Shown here piece after piece: positions 32,167 through 45,848 of a DNA stretch of 64,000 nucleotides. The stretch covers positions 7,378,001 to 7,442,000 of the forward strand of contig NC_087246.1 of assembly GCF_037042905.1 (NCBI RefSeq). Direction: 5' to 3'. The stretch is from Lytechinus pictus (lineage: Eukaryota). The notes under the pieces were generated by a model. It had not been told where the DNA came from. It saw nothing but the letters and a program-made list of their open reading frames with translations, and did not search any database. A program made the translations under genes and the position numbers. How positions within the stretch are numbered: the stretch's first letter is position 1; each line of letters begins with the position of its first letter.

Positions 32167-32559
32167 GTTTGGTTGCCTTAGGACCGACAATAGATGGCGT
32201 TCAGGAAGGAATAGGGCAAGGCTATAGGCCTATTTTATTTTTAATTTTATTCCTCTCTATTTTAATTTTCGGCAATCAATTGAATAATGATATCTTGCTT
32301 AAATAATTGGGTCTGATACGAGTAAATGAAAACAACTTTTGTCGGGTACCAGCCAGACCCATAGCAATGGCGGGTCCAGGGGAGGGGGGAGGCCGAGAGA
32401 AGCGTTCGCCCCCCCCCCCCCCAATTTGAGGCGCACGTAAAAGGAAAAAGAGAGGAAAAGAAGCAAAAAGAATGGAAGGAAAAAAAATTATACATGCATG
32501 CACACCTCCGGCAACTCTGGTTTATTTTTTTAATATTGTATATTAAACATAATATAATA

Positions 32560-34095
32560 TAATACAAAATTCTTCTTCTTGCTTTCAAGTCATATCATGG
32601 TCTAGCTCCTTCACGATACCTTTCTGGGGCCCGTTTCTCAACACCGTCATAAGTCTAACTTCTTGACTAAATCGGAGATAGTGAGCTACTTGTCCGCTAA
32701 CTTCACGAAGCCCTCTTTACCAAGATCGGGTACAACAACCTCACTAAATATTTATGACACCTCCGAACCTGTCATAACTTCTTTCTTAATGACGTAGTGG
32801 CATCACGTGGGTAGACTATGACATGCAAAAGTGCCTAGAAATTTGAAAATAATAATCTTACGTAATCAATCATAGAGGTTGAAATTACATCACAAAACAA
32901 GTGGGATAATGCATTCAATGATAATTCTAATACAAAGAAACTATAAAAACTGTTGGTAAAACGCCACAAAACCATTCACTTTGAATAGTAAAATGATTTA
33001 ATCGATAAAGATTCTACCACGTCAGGCCATCCATAACTGGACTCGTATTTGTTGTTTTCAGACCCCTATTAACATTTGGATAAATTCTATCTCTAATTTA
33101 TGCATAGAATTTGTCAAATCGTATGTTTCGGTATCAAATATTTATGTTTGGTTTTGTTAAACTATATTTTGATGATGTTTTGAATCGTAGAAGGGCGTAT
33201 AATTATCACCATTTAAAAAAAAAAACCGTTATGGTTTATTTTCGTAAACTATTAAAATTCGATGTCACGGGGGTACCCATCTCAACGTCCACATGTGATT
33301 TTCTAGTCATGAAATAAACTATTCATAATTTAATTTTCTCAGCAATTGAATGCTCCAATCTTCATGGTCTAAGTATGTATGATGCATAGTTTACATGTAC
33401 TATTATTTTGAAAAGATGTATTCCCCAATTTATCACAATATTTGCAATTTTGTCATAATTTTTCTTTTTGAAAATTATGCTATTTTGTGACTAAGGCTAC
33501 GTCTCGTCTGCTCTTTTTACCGAGAGTATCGATATCAAGGTATTCTAGTTAGGAAGCCTTTCGTGAAACAGGTTTAGTAAGATTGGAACTAACTCCGTGG
33601 TTGGTGGATAAAGATATGACTAACTTGTCCAGGTGTTGAGAAACGGGCCCCTGAACTCCTTCCGCGATATCAGCCGGTTCGAGTTCTCCGTTCTGCTTCT
33701 CAATCTCTTCTTTCCGCTTCTTTCTCGATCTCATACTTCTTACAAACAATACGGTCAGCGTCCTTTCTCTTATGCAGCTTCTTTTCTTTGGAACAATCTC
33801 CCCCTACAAATTCACAATGCCTACTGTGTTAATACATTTAAAGTTATGCTTAAAACTCATCTTTTAAATCTTAAATATTGATCATATCATATTTTTATTG
33901 GCCCATTTGATGGTATTTCTTTATTCATGATCTGGTGAGGAAAAGTTGTAAATTGTAATATTAGTTTTGATACATTTTATTGTGCGAAGTATTTCCTTTC
34001 TATTTCATTTATACTTCATTTTACTTTCTTTTAACCGCTTAGAGGCAATTTGCGAATTTGCGGTATATAAAATTGTTATTATTATTATTATTATA
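32560..34095 (+). mobile_element. 3' fragment of an L2-type LINE interrupted by a Harbinger-like element
   Basis: YKILLLAFKSYHGLAPS..YLS[insert]ELL...YGQRPFSYAASFLWNNLP...FKVMLKTHL, followed by an (ATT)n tail. Confidence 0.75.
32627..33650. mobile_element. PIF/Harbinger-like non-autonomous element (1024 bp)
   Basis: Perfect 19-bp TIR GGGCCCGTTTCTCAACACC and 3-bp TSD CTG. Removing it restores the L2 codons Y-L-S-E-L-L. Confidence 0.85.
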
Positions 34096-35716
34096 ATATA
34101 AAAAAATTGAACAATGCTGTTTACTTTATAAATCGTATAGTAATTGTTTAACCATGCTTGATTGATTAAGATTTAAATATTTTTCTATTTGTTTAAACTG
34201 TTTAAACAACTACTGTACGATTCATATAGTAAACAGTGTTGCTTAACTTTTTAACAATTTATATTCTGTCACCTTCGACTTAACGTCTAAATGTGTATAA
34301 TGACAAAATAAACCTATTCATAGACTTCGCCCTTACGTAGGATGTATGCATATATATATATATATAAACTCCTAAAAAAATATGGTTTTAGTGAATATCA
34401 ATAAGTGATTGATACCAAAGAATAGAGCATTTACTTCTCTTTAAAATGATACCCTATATGATATGATTATGGTTCACATGGAGGTGCAGTGCCTTGAAAT
34501 GTGGGGCAAGGTCAAAATTCAAAAGTTGCAAAATGATACAATTTTGAAAGTCACTGCTCTTTTTTTTCCTTGGTGATGAGTGAGTTTCTCGGCGGTTTCT
34601 TTTGTTTTAACACACCTCTGCACAAGCAAACACATAAAAACAAATTACATGCATGGGTATTTCAAACCACGACTCAAATCTCACAGAACCATCACTACAT
34701 ACACCACAACAAAACATCAAAAATGAAGAAGCAGGGGCTTGATTTGAACGGATTTTCATCTCTATATTGACTCAGACAAAGAATCGTGTTCTTTATTGAC
34801 CCTTCATGTCTATTTCTGCTCGTTTTGCAGCTTTTCAATTCAGTCCTCATCCAACACTTTTGAATCCTGCTCTTTTCGTGATTGTATGATCATAACAAGC
34901 CCTACGTGTTCATCAGAAGTAGATTAAAATGGTCATATCAAGCCATCGATCTGATCAAATTTCAAAACGAAAACCCATATTTGAAAAGTTCAATATCCGG
35001 TTTTGAATTGATAACTGATAACAAAAAAATCCGAAAGTTAAGCGACTCTTTTCCCAATCAAATGTTTAAAAAATTTCGACGTTTCCTATATACACACAGA
35101 TATACATAAAGAATTGTGAATTATTACTACAGTAGCGGATCTATTTTTTTCAAGCAATCTGCTTATAATGACAATCCTTTTCCTGCAAACTGTAAATGTT
35201 AAATTTTCTTTGTTGGTAGTAGATCATATTTGTTTAAAATGACTTTTTTATTATGTATTTTTTTCTTTATGATTCATACCAAAATCAATTACTGATATAT
35301 TATGTTTGTTACGTAATGAAAATTGTATTGTATACGAATGTTGTGAACGCAGAAGAAAAATAAATCAAATCAAATCAATTTTTTTTTGCAAAGGGAAGGG
35401 GGGACAAGTTGGTTTGACCCACGATGAGGTGCGACATAAATGCGTCCTATACCCTTCCCCCACTCCTTCCCTGTAGATCCGCATCTGTTCTGCTTGCGCG
35501 ACCCTCATAAGTATAGGGAAGAGGCCGGGTGTCGGAATTTGATCCAACTTTCTATTTCTAAGCGTGCTAAGGGAGAAATTATATAAGGGAAGGGGGTAAA
35601 CCCATAATCACCCCCCTAGAATCGCCACTGTATTCTGGATAGTCATCTACATGTCGATTACCATTTTCCTTAGATATAATATTACATCGATGTGTAGAAG
35701 TTGAACATAGCCTGTC

Positions 35717-36581
35717 CAGGGGCGTCGATCCATTTTTCAGATTGGGGGGGGGGGGGGGCAAAATCATGAATCGTTCTAAAGGCGCTCGATCACACCAAAC
35801 AAACTCACCCACCCACACACACACAGGCCTAATTATATATATATATATATATATGAGAAAGAGACTCGGACTCATATCTCACCAACAAATCGCGCGAGCT
35901 GAAATTTTTTAGAATGCTGACCTGAAAACAGGAATGGTACCTGTTTAGGACTGTTTGTAGCAGTAACTCATGTGGAGGATACCTATCTCACTACACAGAT
36001 AATGCGAGTACCGAGAGCGAGCTAAAATTTCTTCATATTCTGACCTGAAAGATTCATTTTTTGGAACTAATGATTAGGATGGGTATCTAAAATAACAATA
36101 GGTGCGAGCGCGAAGCGCGAGCTGAAAATTTTGATATTTTGATCTGAAAAATTGACAGGTTCACGTTTTTAATAAAGAACAAGTAATATATTCAACACAA
36201 GATTATTGCAAATCGGAGCGGGAGTTCTTTTTAGGTTTAGAACTGAGAACGGGACATTCTGTTCACCTAATTAATCATGAAAAGTATGGGTTTTGGTACA
36301 TAAATGATGCGAGCGCGAAGCGCGAGCTGAAAATTTTTATATTCCATTCTGAAAAACGGACATTTTGAGCACGATTTAAATAAAGAACGAGTTGTGTATC
36401 TCAATCTCGCTTGCTGATTTCTGTGTAACACTGCAATCTTATTTCATTTTTGCACATGCATGCGGAATTATTGGGGGGGGGGGGCAAAACGATATGTTTG
36501 CCCCCCCCCCCCAATATTTTCATTGGTGGGGTGATCGCCCCCCTGCCCCCCCCCCCCCCCCCCCCAGGATCGACGCCTCTG
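35717..36581. mobile_element. Complete hAT-type non-autonomous element
   Basis: TIR CAG(G/A)GGCGTCGATCC, 8-bp TSD AGCCTGTC at 35709-35716 and 36582-36589, and G/C homopolymer subtermini. Confidence 0.85.
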
Positions 36582-37122
36582 AGCCTGTCGTCATACACAC
36601 GGTATACAATCATGGGCTCTGTCGGTCTCAACGTTTATCAGGATCACACTGATTCAATATTTTCATACAAATGATTTAATTTATTATCCAGAATTCAAAA
36701 CAGTTTTGTTGAAAAAACATGGGTGATATGTAGATGAGAGAGACGATGATGATACACACTCGCAATTTCTTTTGCATCCTTATCTTTATAAGAGAATGTG
36801 GCATTTTGTTGTTGTATATAAGATTGACAATAAAAAAGATCATGGTAATTGGCAATTTTAAATGTTCAAGGAGAAACCTGAAACCATGACTATGTTATTG
36901 GAATAAATTTGATTTCATTATGATAAGCACAGAAATGAGTCAATCATTTATTTCACTATATTTTTAGACCACACAAAAACATGAAATTGGCATAACCTTC
37001 AAAAACTCAAAATCAACGTAAAGTTATTCTTAAAAATTCACTCTTGAAGGAATGAAATTCTAAATTTTGTGTTCTTTTACAAGTCATAAGCTGCTTTGAA
37101 GCAAATATCGATATCATTAGAG

Positions 37123-39944
37123 TCATAAAATATCATTAGACTCGGCCACAGCCGGCATCTTACAGACGAAACTCATCCCTCCATGGGTGTTACATTGTAT
37201 ATCGTCCCATTGTCGTGTAGATTTCGAGTCGTTGTCGATTCTCCAAATGATGACGCAGTCTTCATTAACTCGACCTCGTGCGTGGTAGCCGTTATCAGGT
37301 TGTCCTGGTAACCAATGGTTGAAATCGTTTGAGGAACCATCAGACCACACCCATGGACCATTTTGTACCTCCTGGTAGAATCCTATCCAAATCCCAGATG
37401 GTAGATCGGTGTCTGGGCTATATCTCTGTAGGGCAAGAAAAATTTTGATATTTAGATCAGAAAAAGGGACATTTTAAGGACTAAATTTAGGAATTCTTGA
37501 AGAGCAGACATATCTAACTAATCCACTAATGCGAACGTAAGCACGGACAATAAATGTTTATTAAGACCTTAAAATGGGGCAATCATTTTAAGTAGTCATG
37601 AAAAAGAAGTATATGTAATATAATTTCATAATGAACACTTATTTCCCACTACGTTCCTCTTCCTTTCTCCCTCTTTTCCCCCGTTTTTTTTTTAGGCAGC
37701 CGAAGGGGGGACACGTGCCCCCCATGCCCCCCGTAGTTACGCCACTGTACATAGGCCTATATACCCTCTCGCCCTGCAGCCCGTCAACCATCAACATTAC
37801 TTCTCGCGATGCATCTGAAATATTATTATAGGTATTGACATGGTGCTTTGCAAAAGTTTAAAGATGATTAAAACTTTTATCTGAACTTTTAGTTATATGA
37901 AAAAGTCATGCAAAAATTTGATGAAAGACTGTTATTTTGGAACACTGGCGCATAGCCAGAACAAAAGTCACAGTTTCCTGTATTGTCATTATCATTTAAA
38001 AAAAAGTGTGTTAAAGTTCCTTTTACCAGCCATCGGCTATACCCTACATGTTTGACTGAAAATAAGCTTAACTCCAATGTTTTCATCGTCTCTAAAGAAA
38101 GGAAGGAAGGAAGCGGGATATAAAATGAGGGACAGTGTCTGATAAACAGTTATATAATGACCTATAAATGGATGGTATTTGCCATGTTAACTGGATCATC
38201 ATACTCACCAGGCGCGGTTCTAGACTTAAAGTTTTGGTGGGCTTCTGGGGGCTTGAAAAGTTTTAGACGTCGGTTTATTCAATACAATGAAAATAGCCTA
38301 TATATGTGGATAGCATTACACAGACCACACAGCTAGTCCCCCTCCCCCTCCTATAAATAATATTTCTAATATCATGCGAGCAGCGTAGCGACCGAGCGGA
38401 AAAATTGCATTTTCAAAATGTTTGAGTTTTTTTCATCTATATCATGCATCAGGGCCTGATTGGTGTTATAGAAGAAGATGAGGGCATTCAACGATAAGGG
38501 GGGGGGGGGAGGGTGAAGGGAAACCTAGCATATAGAGCACTTTATGAACTTTATAAATAAAGGTACATCTGCAGCATCTTTAAATGGGATACTCAACATG
38601 CATAAAGGTTGCAAAAGAATACGACCCAATGATCACTCCCTTGTATAACACAAAAGTATACACATATTGTAGAAAATAGAGTCAAATCATTCTTCATGTT
38701 GCTTCTATCATGGGGCGAGGGGCAGGGGGCGATCGCCATGAATATATTTGGGATGCGGCAAACGTATCGATTAGCCCTGCCTAATAATTTTGAAAAAATG
38801 AAAAAATTAAGAATCCATTGCAAAAATGTGTTTGACAAAACATCTGAAAGCGCTATAAAACTATCAGACTTGACATTAAAACATATAAAATTGTAAATTT
38901 TTCGGTGTGCTTCACGTGCAAAATTCTGTTATATAATTTGGTGCGTAGAGCGCGCCGAAAGTTTTGGATATTGTCTTTACCCCCCTCTCGCCATCCAAAA
39001 CATGGATCGACACTCCTGACTCTATAAACTGTATGTTTTCAATAAGTTTAGCCTCAATCAGGGAGTACAGAGCCATTTTCTAAAGAAAGATATCATAAAG
39101 AATGACAAAAATTCGGAGCGCTTTTGTCAAAACATGGTTTAGAGTTTTAAAACTAAAACTACAATACTAATGGAGCGTTGTGGCCCAGTGGATCAGTCTC
39201 CGGACTTTGAAACAGAGGGTCGTGGGTTCGAATCCCAGCCATGGCGTAATTTCCTTCAGCAAGAAACTGATCCACAATGTGCTGCACTCAACCCAGGTGA
39301 GGTAAATGGGTACCGGTAGGAAGTAATTCCTTAAAAAGCTGTGTGCGCTATGAACGCCTAGCTTAGCCGGGTAAAATAGGAGCGCCTTGAGCACCTAACA
39401 AGGTGGATAATTATGTGCGCAATATAAATACCCTATATTATTAATGCCATAAAATTGAAGTTAAAAAACTTCAATTTTGTGGCATTATTGTTATATCCGT
39501 GGGGGTGTATACAGGGAGGTTATAATTTGGAAAAAAATGTTGCAAGACAGTCTACTGTATTGCAGTAGCTAGACCACGGTCTCTTCATCTTGACCTCTTC
39601 TCTCTGCCCGCCCTCTCCCCACCCCCCCTGTTGATGCATCCTCTGCTGTCAATAGTATCTAAAAAAAAAAAAAAACTCACATCACGAATGCCTGAGATGA
39701 ATGTTTGGTAGATGAAGTCGTTCTCGGCTTGGTCATGAATGGATACGAGATGAGCTATGCCAAAGGAGTCGAAGTGTTCATGACATCTTGTCTCTGCATC
39801 CGACCAGGGTAGCATCTCTTCGAAGAATCGGTAACAGAATCCATGTCGCTCAGTCCAACCGTGGGGGCAAGCATAATCAATAACGGCATTGGCGTATGTG
39901 CATAACGTTGCAGCGAAGAAAAGGAAGATGACTAAAATCTTCAT
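37123..39944 (-). CDS. Secreted echinoidin-like C-type lectin, about 188 aa. Coding exons 39944-39681 and 37425-37123; probable non-coding exon 1 ending at 42115.
   Basis: Signal peptide MKILVIFLFFAATLCTYANA, then CPHGW...CYRFF...W..AE..C...HLVSIH, WIGF, WSDGS, QPDN, EDC, WDD..C...FVCK, i.e. a complete long-form CTLD. The intron is phase 0 GT-AG. Confidence 0.92.
39172..39445 (+). mobile_element. tRNA-derived SINE, full length
   Basis: A box TGGCCCAGTGG, B box GGTTCGAATCC, central CACTCAACCCAGGTGAGGTAAATGGGTACCGG core and a LINE-like tail AGCGCCTTGAG...TATTATTA. A degenerate antisense copy lies at about 24850-24968. Confidence 0.88.
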
Positions 39945-39997
39945 GATGAATCTGAATTTATGACATGACAAAAATGAACAGAACTATAATTCCTATA

Positions 39998-40814
39998 CAG
40001 TGCGTCCCACAAAAAAAACGAAACCGAGATTCATCGATGAATTATCATAACTAAATTACAAATACAATAGACAAATGACCTACCATTGTAAAGCTTAGAA
40101 TCTCCTCTTTCATCTGAAATTACTTAGATTATTTCTCATTCACGCATGAGTGAGCAAAAACAATTTGAAGAGGGGATACCAAAAAGTCATTTGGCGGGCT
40201 GTATCTGGGTTTCAAAAAGAAAACCACATTAAAAAAAAAATTCAATATCTGCTCTTTAATTTGATACCTCAATTACAGAAAATGGTCAAGAAATAACAAA
40301 GTTCTGCTTATTTGAAATAAGGTTTGAATTTCAATAATTTCATAAAATGAAGAGGTTTTACAGGCTAGCGTTCAAACTCACTCGACACTCCGTTTTGTTG
40401 ACGATTTAAGTCTTTTAATTGTTAACCATGCGATAGCTTCTGTGGGAAACCGGTGAAAACAAGTTTATTTAATGAAATTATGGAAATACAAGCATTGTTT
40501 CGAGGGAACATAACTTTTTTACTTCTTAACCATTTTTTGTGATTAAGGTATCAAATAAAAGAGCAGATATTGACCTTTTTAGGCATGTGATTTTTTTTGT
40601 TGAAATTCAGATACCCCCCGCCAAATGAGTTTTTGGTATCCTTTCTTCAAATTGTTTTTGCTCACTCATGCGTGAATAAGGAATAATTTAAGTAATATCA
40701 GATGAAAGAGGAGATTCTAAGCTTTACATTGGTAGGCCATTTGTCTATTGTATTTGTGATTAAGTTATGATAAATCATCGCTAAATCTCGGTTTCGTTTT
40801 TCTGGGACGCACTG
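39998..40814. mobile_element. Tc1/mariner-type MITE with very long TIRs, in lectin intron 1
   Basis: TA|CAGTGCGTCCCA...TGGGACGCACTG with inverted arms of about 350 bp. Confidence 0.85.
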
Positions 40815-43800
40815 TTTAGCGAAATACGCTTCAGCAACTCACGTATGATAAATTTGGGATAAATTTTCAATAAAAAATATCATTATTTTTGTGTGTGCCT
40901 GTTTCTAATAAATTACTCTGTTCAAATTCAAAATTTAAATTCCGATTCAGCATGTTAGTGCGCCCTTATAGGGAAAATGAACTTCAAGAAATTTAAACAA
41001 ACAAGACAATATAAAGTGAATTAACTATTTATCAGTTCAAACACTGCATGGAAGAAAGGTATATACATAATGGGCACAGAAATGACGAAACATCCAATCA
41101 TTACACATTAGAATATTTCAAAATCATAATCGGATAAAAATTATATCGTGTCATCTTGCACTTTTCTTATCATTGGGTGTTTGGTTCATGTTACTTTATA
41201 GAAAGAAAAATTCCCGGAGAAAAATAAGGATAAGGATAAGGATCATTGAAGGGGATCGAACTCGTGGACATGGTGGAGGCGAAATCTCAATCTAGGTTGG
41301 AATAATAATTTGCGATTTTCATATTTTACCATATAAACATCATGAAAAGGGTACGGAAGAGAAAAACCTTTTAGTGTAATTCTTTATCAGTGAAATTTCA
41401 AAACTACTTTTGCATAATAAATCAATGGCGTACAGGTTGTTAGCACGGGGACTGTTGCAATCGAGCAAAAAAAAGTGTTATTTTCGTCATTGAAAATAAT
41501 TTAGCGTAGCTGCATGGTAAAACAGAAATATATACGTAATCATTATGCGGTGAACAGGGGCCGCGGAACGGTTTTCAAAGTGGGGGGGGGGGGCTGACCC
41601 CATGGAAAAATCATAAACCTATGGTCATTTTTACGTTTTTTTTCAGCTCGTCCCTGTGTCCCGGGGGTATGCAAGTAATATTCATAAATTTAAATCTAAA
41701 ACATTTTGCTAGCTCAAGGCAAGCAGAAAGTCGGATTAAAAACAACGGTCAAGTCCACTCTAACAAAGTTGATTTAGAGACAAATCAAACGTATAACACT
41801 GAATAAATTATGACATTTAAGTTTCGCTTATTTTGTAAAAACAGTGATATGCAGTAAACAGCATATTCACTTTTCGTTTGCATTTATGAAAATGTATACC
41901 GCGAGGGGCCAAAGAATTAATGCTTGAAATCGTTTTTCATATTGTGAAATTCCTTTTGGGGCCATTAGAATGTCCCTCTTAATGTTCAGATACTGAGCTA
42001 AATTATTATTGAATTACCAGATATCGAAGGTGTATGAGATAATTATGCTTTTAGATCAATGTCAAAACATATCTAACACTATCAATGAACACATGAAAAA
42101 CAATCATTACTTACCAACTTTCTAAAATTGTATCCAATGAATCTCTCGACCAATGAAACTCGAGAAAATGACCGTTATCTGTTTCCAGAAAGAAACGTTG
42201 GTGATGAAGATTGAAAAAAAAAACTGATTCAATAAAAATAGATCTCTGTGGTGATTGACTCAAGCATATACACTCTACGATGGCGATGCGAGAATGGTGA
42301 GCAACCGGGAATACTGTACAGAAGGTCCAGAAAGTAATTAGACGATAGATAGCCGATACAAGCTACGATCACATTCCAACATTGTATGTTGTTTAGATTA
42401 ACTTTGATTGCTATACTACTGCTAATGCGATAACGGGTGGACTAGGTATGGACTTTCTTTGTCAGTGTGTTACGAATCTCCCATACATCATATCCACGAA
42501 TACACCAGAAGCATTGTGAGAAAAAATAAAATATGTCCAAAATTTTAATGTTGTTTCTGGTGCCTGAGAAGAAGAAATTGTTTTATTAGGGGATAGAAGT
42601 CAGACGAAAAAGCTATTAAAGAACAATTTGACTTTCCCGTCTCATTCGGCCTACTTCCTCCCTTAATCCTCCACCATGGTAGGGGGGTCTTCTTATTTAT
42701 TTGGCAACCATTCAATTTGACTATTTTCGCCATCATAAATATTATAATATTATTCACGTTTGTTTTCTTTGAAAAAAAAATATGTATATAAATAAAATTT
42801 CAATATTTCTTTCTTTCTCTCTTTTTTTTTCTTTTCTCTTCTTTTTCTTTTCTATTTTTTTTGTATAGCCTAGGCTATAATGGCCTTTATACAAGGCAAT
42901 GTGCCAATTATGATGTTTATATCAAACGCTTATAATACCAACTGAAAACAAAGACTATATAGTCGCAATTAGCCGGATGGATGCGGGCGATGGAAAATGC
43001 CCAGTCGCTCGCCGTCCCACTCGCTCTTACTCGGGGTCTCACCAATTAAAGTTACTGTTAATTCCCACTGCTTTAATTTGGAGCCTTCTTTGAGAGGATG
43101 AAAAGCCTATTTCCCTTCATCCTTATTTTTCTATTTTAATTTTTTTCTTTCTTTCTTTTTTTTTTCTTTTCTGTTAACCTTTCTTTTTTCTTTGTATTTT
43201 TTTTTTGCCTAGTTCGCTTGTTCTCCCCTTTTCTTTCTGTTTTCTTCCCCCCCCTTCATGGACGGCTAGTCTCGTCTCAATCACTACTTGAAGAGGAATA
43301 TAGCTAGTCTGCAGGTACAGACCCCGCCAGTGAAACTTTGATCAACCAGTGTGTCTCTACGCAAAGACTAGCAGGGCCATCAGTACACAAGGCATGAGTA
43401 GACTGTGCATTCAGACCCTTAACTCGAGTGAAGGGTTTGCACAGTAGACTAAAATATAGCCATGTCACGATGCTTTGTCAAAAGGCTAAGGCTATATAGT
43501 TTTTTTTTCTCTCTCTCTCGTATACACCATCACTGTCTCGCTCACCCAGTCAACCTTTTCCCTCGCAATAGTACCCTCACCCACACACTCTATATGTTTT
43601 CATGTTTTTGTTCGCGTTCCCATTTCCTTATAACTCCACCCTCTTTTTTTATTCGCATACAATAAAGCTGATTGAAGACCATGATTTATGCGAAATATCC
43701 ATCCTACATTTTCAACGTTTGTTTTAACGGGTTACTGCAAAATATGGGTGGATCAAACGCAAAACACGCGCCAAAAGTTTGCCAAAGTTTTAACGAAGCC

Positions 43801-44164
43801 TAAACCGAGTCCGATGGTAGTTTAGATAGATACCAATCCTTTTGTGATCATAAAAAGTGCATAGAATATCCTATTTTTAGGTCTTAATCAGTGGCGGATC
43901 CAGGGGGGTGGTGCAGGGGGCGCGCCCCCCCTAATATTTGAGCGGCGCCAAAGGCGCCGCTCAAAAAAAATAAAAGAAAAGTAAAAGAAAGAAAAGGCGC
44001 TGCTTGAAAAAATAAAAATAAAGGAAAGAAAAGAAAAGAAAAGGCGCCGCTTAAAAAAATTATACACTGATATAATATTAGCAACAGTAAGGAAAGACTA
44101 TCCCCCAGCAAAGCACAATCATATCATCTTCCTTATCTTTTCTTTTAACTACCCTTTTCCCAAC

Positions 44165-44745
44165 AATTTCGCCGGTTAAAAATAATCAGCAGTGCGCTGC
44201 CTGCATATAACTGGCGCCAATCAAGAATAATCAGCGCCACCTTAATCTAAATCGGCGCCGGGCAAGAATAAACGGCGCCATCTGGTTATAAATCGGCGCC
44301 GGTAATCGGCGCTGCCTGAGTTCGTAACCGGCGCCGATCAAGGATAATCAGCGCCACCTATATCTAAATCGGGGCTGGTCAAGTATAATCAGCGCCATCT
44401 GGTTGTAAATCGGCGCTGCCTGAGTCTTAACCGGCGCCGATCAAGAATAATCAGCTCCACCTAAATCTAAATCGGCGCCGGACAAGAATAATCAGCACCA
44501 CCTGTTTAAAAATCGGCGCCTCCTGGTTCTAAATCGGCGCCAGTCAATTATGAATTGCCGCTGCCTGAATCTTACGTGACGTCGGTAAAAATAATCAGCA
44601 CTACTTGTTCTAAATCGGCGCCAGTCAAGAATAATCAGCGTCCCCTGGTTCCAATAAATAGGCGCCGGTAGAATAATGAAGAAGGGCCTATTGCCAACCA
44701 AATCTAGATCGGCGCCGGTCAAGAATGATCAGCGGCACCTAGCTG
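44165..44745. repeat. Degenerate about 21-bp tandem repeat built on AATC(A/G)GCGCC
   Basis: More than 20 alternating AATAATCAGCGCCACCT and TAAATCGGCGCCG units. Confidence 0.85.
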
Positions 44746-45116
44746 GTTATACATTTTATTGTTGAATGGTCATAACAAAGCTTATCGCATGCCCTTACAG
44801 AGTGGACTGGGGCGGGGCAGTAACTGTTGCCCACAGAATGACAGATGTCATGAAATCTTGAATTAAAAAAAAAATCCCAGAATCATACAAAAGCGTAGAG
44901 CAAATCCTTTAATTTTGATCTTATTTTCCAATGCTTTAATAAAAAGAAGGTCAGTCACTTTTCTTCTTTACACATTCCACATTGTGCCACCTCTATGGCC
45001 TTTAGTTTAAGACAGCTTCTATATAGTGTTTTATGAAGATGATTCGATATTTTAGCCCAAAACTTTGCTAAAACCCGTTGCTAGTACCGGGAGTGTATAA
45101 TTACGCAACCAGTCGT

Positions 45117-45848
45117 ATATTGAGATTGAGCTACACAACTCGTTCTTTATTTAAAATCGTGCTTAAATTATCCGCTTCTCTGATTGGAACATAAAAATTT
45201 TCAGCTCGTGCTTGGCGCTCGCATCATTTCTGTATCAAAAACCCATACTTTTCATGATTAAATAGGTGAATAAAATGTCCCTTTTTCAGGACTAAACGTC
45301 AAAAGAACTCCCGCTTCGATTTGCAATAATCTTTTGCTGGATATAATCTTGTTCTTTTTTACAAACGTCCATTAAACTGTCATTTTTTTCAGATCGAAAT
45401 ATCAAAATTTTAAGCTCGCGCTTCGCGCTCGCATCTATTGTTTTTTTTAGATACCCATCTTAATCATTGGTACCAAAAAAATGCATAGAATATCAAGCTT
45501 TCTGGTCAGAATATAAGGAAATTTCAGCTCGCCCTCGGCACTCGCATTATCTGTGTAGTGAGATATGTATCCTCCTCATGAGTTACTACAAACAGTCGTA
45601 AACAGGCACCTTTTTCCTGTTTTCAGGTCAGTATACTAAAAAATTTCAGCTCGCGCTTCGCGCTCGCATTAATTTGTTGGTGAGATATGTGTTTCTATCT
45701 CATGAGTCATATAAATATATATATATATATATGCATATGTGTGTGTGTTTGTGTGAGTTTGTTTGTTTTGTGTGATATCGAGCGCCTTTGGAAAGTTGAT
45801 TCATGATTTTGCCCCCCAAATCTTAAAAAAAGGATCGACGCCCCTCTG
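45117..45848. mobile_element. Truncated inverted copy of the 35717-36581 hAT family
   Basis: Reverse-complement similarity throughout; ends GGATCGACGCCCCTCTG. Confidence 0.75.

Noticed and set aside
39172-39245. tRNA-Gln(TTG)-like gene
   Set aside because: It has A and B boxes, but the acceptor stem does not pair properly and the sequence runs straight into a SINE core and LINE-like tail, so it is a SINE head.
44165-44745. CRISPR-like array
   Set aside because: The units are degenerate, about 21 bp, and have no unique spacers. The context is eukaryotic with no cas genes.
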